A DNA stretch of 63,637 nucleotides, the filler included, from Chrysochromulina tobinii (lineage: Eukaryota), in assembly GCA_001275005.1 (NCBI GenBank). It is 10 parts of 10 records of this genome, joined end to end, with 100 filler letters (N's around TTAATTAATTAA, not from the genome) between each part and the next. Parts side by side here need not be neighbours in the genome. Positions count along the whole stretch, not along the records: positions 43,652 to 56,098 come from JWZX01000097.1; positions 56,199 to 60,353 come from JWZX01000098.1; positions 60,454 to 61,986 come from JWZX01000099.1; positions 62,087 to 63,637 come from JWZX01000117.1; 6 more parts are not named here. The stretch is one strand, 5' to 3'. Positions within the stretch are counted from its first letter, which is position 1. Each line of letters starts with the position of its first letter. The notes beneath the pieces are model-generated. The model did not search any database. It saw only the letters and a program-made list of their open reading frames with translations, and was not told where the DNA came from. A program made the position numbers and the translations under genes. Positions 52,979 through 63,637 of this stretch are shown here, piece by piece.

Positions 52979-54562
52979 ATGATCAGACGCTGGTCTGGCA
53001 TTCGCACGGAGCGCACCGTGCCGACAGCCTCTTCAGCGCGAACGGTGGTTGCCAGACATCCATTCGATCTCCGTTTTCCAGCACTCCACTTCACGGCCCG
53101 CCAGATCGCACTCTGGCTCCTACCTCTCAGGATCGTGCAAGTGGCGTGTGGGTTAGGTGTACGACTCTTCAAGGGGGTGGTGTCCTTTGGTGATCACTAT
53201 GTTGAGCCACCACGGACGATTCCGGTGGCCGCCACGTGCGACTGCCTTGTCGTCGGAGGTGGGCCTGCCGGCCTATCGGCCGCGATCGCAGCTTCTCGCG
53301 CCGGCGCGGACACGATGCTCATCGAACGCTATGGCTGTTTCGGTGGTTGCATCACCACTGTCGGCATGGAGACCCTGGGCTGGTATCGCTACGAGGGCGT
53401 CGTCGAAGGCGAAGGGATCGGTCTCGAGATGGAACGTCTTGCGGCCCGCATGGGCGGCACGACCAAGTGGCCCTTCAACAGCAGTGAGTGCCTCGACGCC
53501 GAGTATTTCAAAGTCGTCGCCGACGAGCTATTGCGCGCCGCAAAGGTGCGCCCGCTCTTGCACACGTACGTCGTCGACGTCATCAAGGAGGGGCGTGCGA
53601 TCGCTGGCGTCGTAATCGAGAACAAGTCGGGTCGTCAGGCGGTGCGCGCGAAGCGTGTCATCGACTGCACCGGCGATGCCGACGTGGCGTACCTCGCCGG
53701 GGCGCGATGCTCCGTGCCAGAGCGCCGCGACATGCTCGGGGTCACCTCCGTCTTCTCCTGCTCGGGCGTGAATAAGGAGCGTTTCCTCGAGTACACCGAG
53801 AGCCACCCGGCCACGTATAAGACATGGTCACGCCGCGGGGGCGAGTGGTGCCAGCAGACGGCCGAGAAGGAGGAGCATTTGCGCTCGCCCTTCCTCCAGC
53901 AGGAGTTTGAGCGCGCGCTCGAGGACGGCGCCATCCCGTCCAACCCTATCACCAGAGACATGTGCGGCACATGGTCGGCGCTGTCGGAGGCAGGCGAGGC
54001 CACCAACCTCAACCTCGTCCACCAGGTTGGAGTCGACGGGTGCAACGCCTTCGAGTTGACGCATGCCGAGATGGAGGGGCGTGCGCAGACGCTGCACGCG
54101 CTCGCTGCACTTCGTCATTCGGTCCCCGGCTTCGAGAAGAGCAAGCTGCGCAATTTTGGGATGACCCTCGGCGTGCGGGACACGCGCAAGGTCGTCGGCA
54201 AGTACGAGCTCAGCAGCGACGACGTACGCAACCAAGCGCGGTTCGAGGACTCGATCGGCATCTTCCCCGAGTTCATCGACGGGTACAATATCCTTATCCT
54301 GCCGACCACTGGACGATACTTTCAGGTGCCGCTCAGGTGCATGCAGTCGCCCGATGTCGACAACCTACTCGTGGCTGGTCGCTGTGTTGCGGGCGACAAG
54401 GTCTCCCATGCTGCGATGCGCAACATGATGGCCTGCACCGTCACCGGGCAGGGCGCAGGCGTCGCCGCGGCCGTCAGCATCGCCGAGGGAGTGGGCACCG
54501 ACCGTGTGAGCATCCGAGGCGTCCAGGCGGCGCTCGGACGCCAGGGAGTGCGTATCGAGTGA
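52979..54562 (+). CDS. FAD-dependent oxidoreductase (FAD_oxidored family), intronless
   Basis: VVGGGPAGLSAAIAA, IERYGCFGG, IDCTGDADVA, GVRDTR, YFQVPLRC, NLLVAGRC, GQGAGVAAA. Confidence 0.92.
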   Translation: MIRRWSGIRTERTVPTASSARTVVARHPFDLRFPALHFTARQIALWLLPLRIVQVACGLGVRLFKGVVSFGDHYVEPPRTIPVAATCDCLVVGGGPAGLSAAIAASRAGADTMLIERYGCFGGCITTVGMETLGWYRYEGVVEGEGIGLEMERLAARMGGTTKWPFNSSECLDAEYFKVVADELLRAAKVRPLLHTYVVDVIKEGRAIAGVVIENKSGRQAVRAKRVIDCTGDADVAYLAGARCSVPERRDMLGVTSVFSCSGVNKERFLEYTESHPATYKTWSRRGGEWCQQTAEKEEHLRSPFLQQEFERALEDGAIPSNPITRDMCGTWSALSEAGEATNLNLVHQVGVDGCNAFELTHAEMEGRAQTLHALAALRHSVPGFEKSKLRNFGMTLGVRDTRKVVGKYELSSDDVRNQARFEDSIGIFPEFIDGYNILILPTTGRYFQVPLRCMQSPDVDNLLVAGRCVAGDKVSHAAMRNMMACTVTGQGAGVAAAVSIAEGVGTDRVSIRGVQAALGRQGVRIE

Positions 54563-54720
54563 TTCGATGCAGTCATGGGCAGGCACCAATCGTATGTGTG
54601 TGCGGAAACAGTTTGTGTGTTCAGCGACTAAAACATGACACACAGTACAGCGTCGCTCACGCGGACGCGCCCGCCCGAGGGGGCACGCTCACATGACATC
54701 TGGTATGAAGTCCGCAAGGT

Positions 54721-56098
54721 CTAAAGTAGATTTGGAATTTTGGTGTGAGACGGTGTGGTGAGCGCGGGGGGACCGCGACGTAGCGCAAGACGCAGCTCCC
54801 AGTCGTGCTTTGCCGTCAGGTGCTCAAAGGCCGCGCGCACGATGGCGTGCACCAGGGGCGGCGTGCTCGCCAGTGGCGCCAATCGCAGCTCTCGCCGTGC
54901 AAAGGTCAACGCCTCCTCGACTTGCTCGTTGTGCACTATTGATGCTATCGACTCTCCCCTCGCCCACCCTCGCAACGTTCTCATGTAAACGTTCAGGCTC
55001 CCGGCTGTGATGCGTCCGTGGCCCTCTTCGTCGTCATTCGCTTTGATGTGCACGGGCCACACCAAGCGGTCGGTGCCCTGCACGGATCTGCGAGCCCTCC
55101 ACAGGTGCGCACATGCCGCCGCGAATGCCTGCAGCGGAAGCCGGTACGAGGACGACGCCTGTGCACGGCTCGTGAGCGCTTCGAGTGAGGCGCCGTGGGG
55201 TGCCACTTGGACGAGCCTCCCGAAGACCATCCATCGCACGTACACAAAGAGCACCTCTTGCGACAGGAGCCCATGGAGCTCGTTCACAAGCTCGTCGTCG
55301 GCCATCCACGAAGCGTCGGCCTGTGGAGGGACGCCCAAGGCGGACGCCGCGCCACGAGCCGCCGTGGCACATGTGCAGCATAACAGGTACGACTTCAGCA
55401 GGCCGAGGAGGCGCTCAGCGCTCGGCTTTACATGTGGCGGACGCGAGGGCGTGGTTGGAGCAGCCGCCAGTCCTGGCAGGTGGCTCGGCGCTACAAGGGC
55501 GCCATCCAGAGGCGCAGGCAAAGTTGGCAACGGAACGGCCAAGACAACTGGCACGGTGGGAGGCAGTCCGCTCGAGATGAGTGCTGTTTCCAATGGCACG
55601 GCCGCCACGATTGGCAAGCCGCGGAGAACACCCTCGGCCGTGTGGGCGGCCTGCGTCGCCTCGGTGGGCATACGGGCAGGGCTAGTTGATGTGGCAGACA
55701 TTGACGACGCCAACAACTCCGGCAAGCTCAGACCGGAGAGTGCGTCGACCTTCGACAGCAGCATAGCAAGAGAGGGTGCCTCCACTCTCGTCCCCTTCGT
55801 GCTCAATTTAAAGAGTTTCAGCTCGTGCCGCCATATGCCTCGGCCCGCTGAGTGGCCTTGCACATCAGCGATGAAAGTCACCCCTCTCAGACCACATGTC
55901 AAGTTGTACGGATCGCGGAGCTCGTCGGGCACCGAATGGCTCTCTAGCACTCGATGCACGTGCTCACGCCGGCGTTTGACCAAAGCCTCGAGGAGCACTA
56001 TCGCTCGCTGGGCTGCTGTGACAGGCAGCTCCCGCAGCGCCAGGACGTGCGGTGGCACACTTGGGATGACACTGCTCTCCTGTTGTGGTGGAGCTCCA
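54721..56098 (-). CDS. Hypothetical protein (5'-partial)
   Basis: 445-aa ORF with no recognised motif; a family-A hairpin motif overlaps its 3' end. Confidence 0.5.
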
Positions 56099-56198
56099 NN
56101 NNNNNNNNNNNNNNNNNNNNNNNNNNNNNNNNNNNNNNNNNNTTAATTAATTAANNNNNNNNNNNNNNNNNNNNNNNNNNNNNNNNNNNNNNNNNNNN

Positions 56199-56760
56199 CC
56201 GCCTCCCCCTCCCGTCGCCAGCCCCCGCCTCCCCCCCACCGCCCTCGCCCCCACCCGCCCCTCCGAGCGTGACTCTGACGCCCAACATCATCGTACACAG
56301 CTCCATGACCACCATCACCGTGAGCGGGATCACAAGCAATGGTAACCACCTCGTCTTCCTACCTTCTGGCTCCCGGACCTGCGCAGGCGCAGCCTTCGCA
56401 CGTGCCGCGCAGTCGGGCGGCACGATCAGCAACGGCGCCATCTCGGTCCAGCTTTCCACCATCGGTCTCTATAAGACCTGCCTCGCAACGGTCGCAAATC
56501 CCTCATTTGATGATCAGTTTGATTACCTGTCGGCCACGCAGCTGTTTGTCATCAATGGATTCCCGCCGCCACGCTCGCCTCTCTCGCCCTCGCCCCCGCC
56601 GCCCTTGCCCCGCCACGACCCCCGAAGCCGCCGCTTGCCCCGCCGCCTCCCCCCCATCCGCCGCCCTCTCCGCCTCCGCCACCCTGGCCGCCACCGCCCT
56701 CTCCTCCGCCGCCACCCTCGCCCGCGCCGCCACCGCCCTCACCACCATCTTGCCCACCGC
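56199..56760 (+). CDS. Fragment of an SPPP-rich surface protein
   Basis: SPPP stalks flank a ~90-aa domain; frameshifted and ends abruptly at the BspA array. Confidence 0.55.
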
Positions 56761-56761
56761 C

Positions 56762-58747
56762 GAAGACGTCAACGAGGAGCAGCCCTGGAAGGCGTCGTCA
56801 CCGAGGCTCGTGAGGCCGGCGGGCAGCTCGATCGACGTCAACGAGGAGCAGCCATAGAAGGTGCGCTCACCGAGGCTCGTGAGGCCAGCAGGCAGCTCGA
56901 TCGACGTCAACGAGGAGCAGCCATAGAAGGTGCGCTCACCGAGGCTCGTGAGGCCGGCAGGCAGCTCGATCGACGTCAACGAGGAGCAGCCATAGAAGGT
57001 GCGCTCACCGAGGCTCGTGAGGCCGGCAGGCAGCTTGATTGATGTCATCGAGGAGCAGCCCAAGAAGGCGAAACCACCGACGCTCGTGAGGCCGTCGGGC
57101 AACGCGATCGACGTCAACGAGGAGCAGTAAATGAAGGCGTACCCACCGAGGCTCGTGAGGCTGGCGGGCAGCTCGATCGATGTCATCGAGGAGCAGTAAG
57201 CGAAGGCGTACCCACCGAGGCTCGTGAGGCTGGCGGGCAGCGCGATCGACGTCAACGAGGAGCAGCCTCGGAAGGCATAATCACCGAGGTTCATGAGGCC
57301 GGCGGGCAGCTCAATCGACGTCATCGAGTCGCAGCCATTGAAAGCGTGCTCACCGAGGCTCGTGAGGCCGGCGGGCAGCTCAATCGACGTCATCGAGGAG
57401 CAGCCATAGAAGGCTGACCCACCGATGATCGTGAGGCCGGCGGGCAGCGCGATCGATGTCATCGAGGAGCAGTTCATGAAGGCGAACCAACTGAGGCTCG
57501 TGATGCCGGCGGGCAGCTCGATCGACGTCATCGAGGAGCAGCCATAGAAGGCTGACCCACCGATGATCGTGAGGCCGGCGGGCAGCGCGATCGACGTCAT
57601 CGAGGAGCAGCCATAGAAGGCGCCCTCACCGATGCTCGTGAGGCCGGCGGGAAGCGCGATCGACGTCATCGACGTGTCGTCGAGGAACGCGTTCACCGGC
57701 ACGTGCGCCTCACCGTCGCGCAGCACGCATGCGGCGAGCAGCACCTCCATCGACGCCTCGCCCTCGCCGCGGATGCACGCGCGCACCCCTGCCATCGGAT
57801 ACGGTTGCTGCGTACCATCTTCATCTTCTTCATTCTCTTCATCCTCTTCATCCACTTCATCTTCTTCCAATCCATCCGAAGACGCCACGCGCCTCAGCGC
57901 GGCCACGTCCACCTCGAAGCCGCCAAGCCCCGTCACCTTTGCCAGGTTGGGCAGCCCGCGCGACGCGTCGGCCGCGTCGGCGAAGAGGCGACCGGCGGCG
58001 CGGCTGCCCGAGAGGTCGAGCTCGGTCACCTCGACGAGGTTGCTCGTGAGCGGCAGGCCGACGCGTGCGCACAGCCGCGCGCACAGGACGCGCCGCGCCC
58101 GCGCGCGCCACGCGAGGCTCACGCCCTTGAGCGCGCACAGCGTCGGCACGTCGGCGTCCGCGAGGGCGTCCTCGAGGGCGTCCTCGTTGACGAGCTGCGT
58201 TGAGAGCCAGCACGCGGGCTCTGGTGCGGGTGCGTCGGCCGCTTCGCAGTGCAGTGGCGTCGTGCTGAGCGTCGTGCGTGTACAGCGGCTCCTCCGTCGC
58301 CGCCTGCCGCTCCGCCTCGGTGGGGAAGTCGCTCACGACGCCCAGCAGCCGCCCGAGCTCCGGGCCACTCTTGCCGGCGAGGTGGCCGGTGCACAGGGAA
58401 CGCGAGAGGAGTCGGAGAAGCTCGACGTCCACGTCGAGAAAGTGCGCGCCGTGCAACAGCTGCGCGAGCTGCGCGAGCGAGCACCCCTCCAGCGCCCCGC
58501 CATCCTCCGCGCCGCCCTCGGCGACGCGCGAGAGCGTGCGAAGCGCAGCCGCAGGCACCAGAGTGGCGAACGTCCCCTCGGCGCCGCCCGTGTCGCTCAC
58601 CCAGTTGGCGAGCGCGGCCGATCGCGCCGCGGCAGAACGGGACCACGCGACCTCCTCGCCCTCGGCGCTTCGCACCCTCACATCGTCGCCGTCGTCGCCG
58701 TCGCCGACGATGTCATCTCCATCGCCGTCGCCCCGAGACCGCTTCAT
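56762..58747 (-). CDS. SKP1-like + F-box-like + BspA-type LRR (LRR_5) fusion, frameshifted near 58250 and 3'-truncated
   Basis: VRVRSAEGEE..RS; LLHGAHFLDV..LAGKSGPELGRLLGVVSDF (SKP1); DVPTLCALKGVSLAWRARA (F-box-like); 13 x 23-aa TSIELPAGLTSLGxxAFxGCSS repeats. Confidence 0.75.
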
Positions 58748-59463
58748 GCGTCGTGAGCGCCCGTCTTCACATTCGCCATCAACACTTTCAGCTGTGAAGA
58801 CAATACAATACAAAGCAGGACTCCCGACTGAGACACATGCAGGCAGAGAGCTGAGATACAGCCAAAGAAAGAGAAGAAGGGCAGGCCCCACATATGAACT
58901 CGGGAGGGAGTGCGCCCGCCAACGTGGGCGGTGAACCCCCAGATGGGCGAGCCAGGGGGCAACGAGTGTCGAACTGAATCGAACATGTCACCACCCCCTG
59001 AAGAAACGCGAGCTCCGTCCGTCCTCGCGCATGCCAACGACCTGGCATAGAGCCAGATTCGAGACAGGGGCCCTCTTCAGCTCTCCCCTCCGAGGGGCAA
59101 TCACCCAAGGAGCTCCACATGTGCCTCGAGGAAGAAAACGGTACAGCCAGGCAGGCCAAAATAGTGAGCGCTCGTAACTCTGAGCCTCAGGAAAAACAAT
59201 GAGCGCTCCATCACGCTGAGCCTCGATGTCTCGGTCAAAACCACGCCTCTGCGGGTGGAAAAAAAGAGCCGAGACGCGTTGCGGTTGCAGCACCAACCGC
59301 CTTTAAATTCACACCGCGACTTCCCCCCCTTCAGATGTTGTCCTGTGATGAGCGCGGGGGACCCGCGACGAAACTGAAAGTCCGAATCCTCTTCCCGCCA
59401 CGTCGACTCTGCAGGACACCTAAGAGGCGCCACCCGGTGCCGACCCGGCACGCCGACAGTGTC

Positions 59464-60353
59464 ATGCCTCGGCGCCTTGCGCTGCTGCTCGTGCTGGCGC
59501 AGCTCGCGACCGCACGCATCGCACCCCCTCGCCTCGCCGTCCTGCGCTTCTCGGGCGGGCAACAAGTGCCGCATCCATGGACGCAGCACGTCAGCGCGGA
59601 GGGCCGCACGTACTATTACAACTCCGCCACTGGTGAGTCGAGCTGGACGCTGGAGCCTTCGGCAAGCGCGGCGCCCGCACCGCCCGCCTCGGAGTGGTCT
59701 GCGTATACGGCTCCCGACGGCGCGCTCTACTATCACAACGCGCTCACCGGCGAGACGAGCTGGACGCTGCCCGAGGGCGCGGCGCTCGCCGTCGAGCAGC
59801 CAGCGGCTGCCGGTGCGGCGACGAGCGCCGTGGCCGAGGCGGCCAGTGCTGGCCCACCGTTCGGCGAGATCGTGAGCGCCGGAGCCGAGGCGGTCTCCAT
59901 AAGCGTCTCCGAGGGCGCCTCGCTGGGACCGTTGCCTAATATGGGACCGTTGCCGAAGGGCTGGTCCGAGTTTGCGACCGCCGACGGCGTCCCTTATTTT
60001 TACCACGAGCCGAGTGGCACGACGACATGGGACCGGCCAGCAGCGGACGCGGCGGCGGGCGAGGCGTCGGCAGGGGCATCCGTGGACACCACGCCAACCA
60101 CGCTTGCCGATGCGGCCGCTTCCGAGGCCTTGCAGTTGAGCAAAGGAGTCCCTAATATGGAAGAGGCCTTGCCGTTGAGCAACGGAGTCCCTAATATGGA
60201 AGAGGCGGCGGACTTGCCCAAAATGGACGAGGCGGCACGGGATGCGCAAGCTTCCGAGGCGGCAGCGGCGGCGGACGCGGCGGCGGACGAGGCGGGCGCC
60301 GCGGCGGCGGAGGCCGAGGCGGCGGCGGCGGCGGAGGCCGAGGCGGCGGCGGC
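59464..60353 (+). CDS. Signal-peptide protein with three WW domains (3'-partial)
   Basis: W....EGRTYYYN..TGESSW; W...PDGALYYHN..TGETSW.LP; LPKGW...DGVPYFYH..SGTTTWDRP. Confidence 0.9.
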
Positions 60354-60453
60354 NNNNNNNNNNNNNNNNNNNNNNNNNNNNNNNNNNNNNNNNNNNNTTA
60401 ATTAATTAANNNNNNNNNNNNNNNNNNNNNNNNNNNNNNNNNNNNNNNNNNNN

Positions 60454-61986
60454 ATCGAGGTTGCGTACCTCGAGAGCTTTGCCCAGACAGAGGCCTCATT
60501 TGGAAGATGCGTGTCGACGCCGTGATTGTGAGCCTGAGCCGTGAGGTTGTTGAGCATCGTGAGGTGCTCGACAGCACGAGGCCGGGCGTTGTGGACATGC
60601 TCTGCATTGCGCCGTCGCTCTGCCCAGTAGTTGCGCACGTCTCGGTCTCCAGAATTCAGGTTGCGCACGTTGGTGACGATGAGACGGCGTTTTTGGTTAT
60701 AGAGGTCGACAGCTTCGATACAGCTTCGACGGTGCTATGTGGATCTGGGAACGTCACATTGTCGTACGGCAGCAAGCTCAAGGACGAGGGCGCACCTTGG
60801 CCTTGAGCCCGTGCCGAGTCGTCACGCGACAGGCGCTCGCGCACTGTGCAGACCTCTGAGCCATCTTCGACCACGATGGTGAACGTCGTCGGCTTGACCG
60901 CCGGGCTCTCTTCGTGCCGAATCGGCAGTCCCTGCCGTGCGTGAGGCGTGGCCACGGGCGGCGGTGGCGGCGGTGTCGGCGGCGGCACGTTGACGGTCTT
61001 GACACTGGCACGGGCAGTGCTCCCGTCGGCGCGATGATAGAGTACAGACTGGCCTTCAGTAGGAGCAGCTGCGGCCACAGCTTCCTCGAACGGTGATGGC
61101 TGCTTCAGGTCTGATGGAAGGAATGCGAAGCGCAGATCCTTGAACTTGATGCGCTCTGGCAGCCCGGGCGACGCTTTGGTTTGCATCCAGTTTTCGACGT
61201 GATTCATGATCTGGTGGAGCGTCATGCTTCGCCGAACGTCGGGCAGCATGAAGAGGTCGGACGAGTCGAGATCGATCCATTCATCACGCGCAGCATCGAA
61301 GAGCACGATGGCATCTGGGTCGAGCTGCAAGTCCCACGCGGCGGGAGCGCGAGCGACACCATTCAGCCAGTCCACCTGAGCATTTTCAGGCAGGGCGAGG
61401 TCCGGCGCGAGACGAGTCCATCGGTCGTAGTGCAGCTCGAGGAGCGGGCCTGCTTGGTTGGTGATCGACTTTGAGAAGGTGGCTCGCACGAGCCCACCCA
61501 CGTGCTTATGCAATAGGAGCATCCGATTTCGGCGCGCGCTGTGAGATCGATTGACGAGGGCTGGATGATGGGTCGACATCGGCAAGTCTCCCGCGTGCAG
61601 CTCGAGAAGAGCGACGTCCTCGTCACGCATCCACGCACGGATTTTGCCATTCTTTTGTGTCTCAGCAGCGCGATGCGCGTCGAGCGCCTTGATTGTTTCT
61701 GCTGGCACGACCTTGCTCGTGGCCGACGTGGGCTGCTTGCGGCCGGCCTCGGCGAACTGCACCGCCGCAGCGCCGCAGCGCCGCAGGACTTTGATGTCCG
61801 CGGCCGACCGATGCGTGTTCGCCTGGCTCATGAGGAGCGCGATGATCGCCTGGGGGCAGCCTGGCGCCACTGGCATGAGCTCGAGCACCTCGCGGGCACG
61901 TTTGTCTCGCTTCTTCATCGCAGGGACCTTGGCAGGCGAGAGCGTGCTCGTGAGGTTGGTCACGGATTCGTTGCGAGCGAGCGCGA
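60454..61986 (-). CDS. Hypothetical protein fragment with an SH3/Tudor-like segment, frameshifted near 60660
   Basis: 435-aa ORF; GQSVLYHRADG..FTIVVEDGSEVCTVRERL. Confidence 0.4.
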
Positions 61987-62086
61987 NNNNNNNNNNNNNN
62001 NNNNNNNNNNNNNNNNNNNNNNNNNNNNNNTTAATTAATTAANNNNNNNNNNNNNNNNNNNNNNNNNNNNNNNNNNNNNNNNNNNN

Positions 62087-62799
62087 ATGGCCATTCGCTT
62101 CATCATCCCGAAGTGCAGAGTGAGTGGTCCAGCTTCATTCAAAGTGCTGCGAGCGTCTCCAAGGAGATGCAATCGGCCCCAGCAGTGGCTCCTGCCGCAT
62201 CAGGGATTCCTCAGCGCACAAAACCGTCGTGGGATCGTGGCGTGGGCCATGTACCTACGATGTCAGAATGCCAAGAGCTGAAATTCCTTGACGAATTTGT
62301 CACTGTTGAAGATGCTGCCGAGGCTATGCGTGTAACAGGAATGCGTCAGTGCACCTGCACTTGATTGTGGGGGGGGGAGAAGGTCAAGAAGAATGGGGTG
62401 ACCACGTCCGCTCTCTGGGTGTGCAAGTTGGACGTCATGCAATTCGCTACCTACTTGCATCGGAAGCAGCTCGGAGAAAGTGATGACGTTCGTGATGACG
62501 CGCCCTCGGGTCCACTGCCAGGCTTCAACGCTGAGGCAGCGTGCTCATCGGCTATGCTTGGGCGAGGGACGTATGTGGATGGTGCATGGTTCCATGGGAT
62601 GATGCAAGCTGTGGGGAGTGACGAAATTTCATGCGGCTTCATAGCGCGGAAGGTCCATAGTGTGCGTGATGTCTGCTGCGTGACAGATGTGGTCTTGGAT
62701 AGACGAAGTGAGACAGACAATTTCAGTATGATGCGGTTGAGCGGATGTGGAAGGAGACTTGGGCACCAGTGTACAAACGGCGCACTGGTGCACTCATAA
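62087..62799 (+). pseudogene. Unknown ORF interrupted by an in-frame TGA at 62362-62364
   Basis: ORFs 62113-62364 and 62365-62799 are contiguous in one frame. Confidence 0.3.
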
Positions 62800-63019
62800 A
62801 GTCCGCCATCAGGAAATGGAACAAGCGTGAAAGCCACCGTCGTCGTCATTAGCACTCGGAGATTCAGTGTGGAGGTAAGGACAATATTGTATACAGACGG
62901 TTTGATACTAGTTTGATACACGTGCCCGAACGGAATACACTTCTGGTGGCGGCAGGTCGTTGTAGCGCGCGAGGACTGAAGGGCTGCGGCAACGAGGGAG
63001 GTGGCGGCCGGGACAGTGC

Positions 63020-63240
63020 AGGCGAGTTGCTCACGATAGACCTCACGATATACTGGCGTCTCCAATTCCAGGGCCGTCACGATTGCCACCACTCGAGGGA
63101 AACGCATGCAGGTGACGCGACACCAGGATTCGTTCGTCACTGCTGCACGCCATTCTTTTGAAACGCCTACCATAGCAGCTAAAGCACGCGCCGATCCCAC
63201 TCTGGAGGCTGACTAGATCGACGGACAGCGACGGCGCCGA
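63020..63240 (-). pseudogene. Degenerate F-box-like fragment
   Basis: ALAAMVGVSKEWRAAVTNESW..RFP, with an upstream frameshift. Confidence 0.35.
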
Positions 63241-63637
63241 GACGTCATTGTTCACGTGACAAGGGCGAGGAGCTGCACACGAGCTCAACGTAAGCTCAAC
63301 GTTACAGTACCTGTACCTGTCCAGGTGTTTTTGAGCCGGTACCCAAGGAAACCCCAAGCTCTCTAAACGCGGCGCGTTACGCTACATGTAATGGATGTGC
63401 TTCAGTATAAGACAAGGTAAAAGGATAGAGCCTGTGTAACGAGGGGTCGTCATTCTCTGTTTGTCCGTGACCAAACTTGAAGAGCAGCTCGTCGAGGCGG
63501 CCCAGGTCCTTCTCTACCGAAGAGGGACTACCCCAAGCTGCTGGCTTCAATCGACCCGAAGAGCCGAAGTCGAGCGCCAAACGCAGGCAAGAGGATCATC
63601 CAACCCCAGATCATCGATGAGACCCATGCACACCGGA

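Overview
GC-rich eukaryotic genomic DNA, most consistent with a microalga with a complex red plastid, probably a haptophyte. This is an inference from bipartite plastid-type leaders, SPPP-rich surface proteins and a probable GC-AG intron. The window is ten contigs joined by nine artificial 100-bp spacers (N44-TTAATTAATTAA-N44), so adjacency across spacers means nothing. About 30 genes or gene fragments are visible: rhomboid, TFIIIC subunit 5, SF2 helicase, kelch, CRAL-TRIO, Mpv17/PMP22, COMMD7-like, erythromycin-esterase family, GLTP, CorA/Mrs2, FAD oxidoreductase, SET-PWWP, WW, MORN and beta-propeller proteins. Non-autonomous mobile elements include a TIR element with GATACA arrays, two copies of a Helitron-like element and a modular dispersed repeat. 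Four signals stand out. (1) A family of minisatellite-filled spliceosomal introns whose 5' end is a near-copy of the downstream exon start, suggesting an Introner-like intron-gain mechanism. (2) A giant LRR / multi-pass TM / two HET-like domains with RRM inserts / kinase receptor, plus a second HET-tail-MORN gene. (3) A decayed ORF fusing RNase H to a family-A (TVpol-like) polymerase palm. (4) A SKP1 + F-box-like + hypervariable BspA-LRR fusion. All domain calls are from motif recognition by eye; no database search was run.
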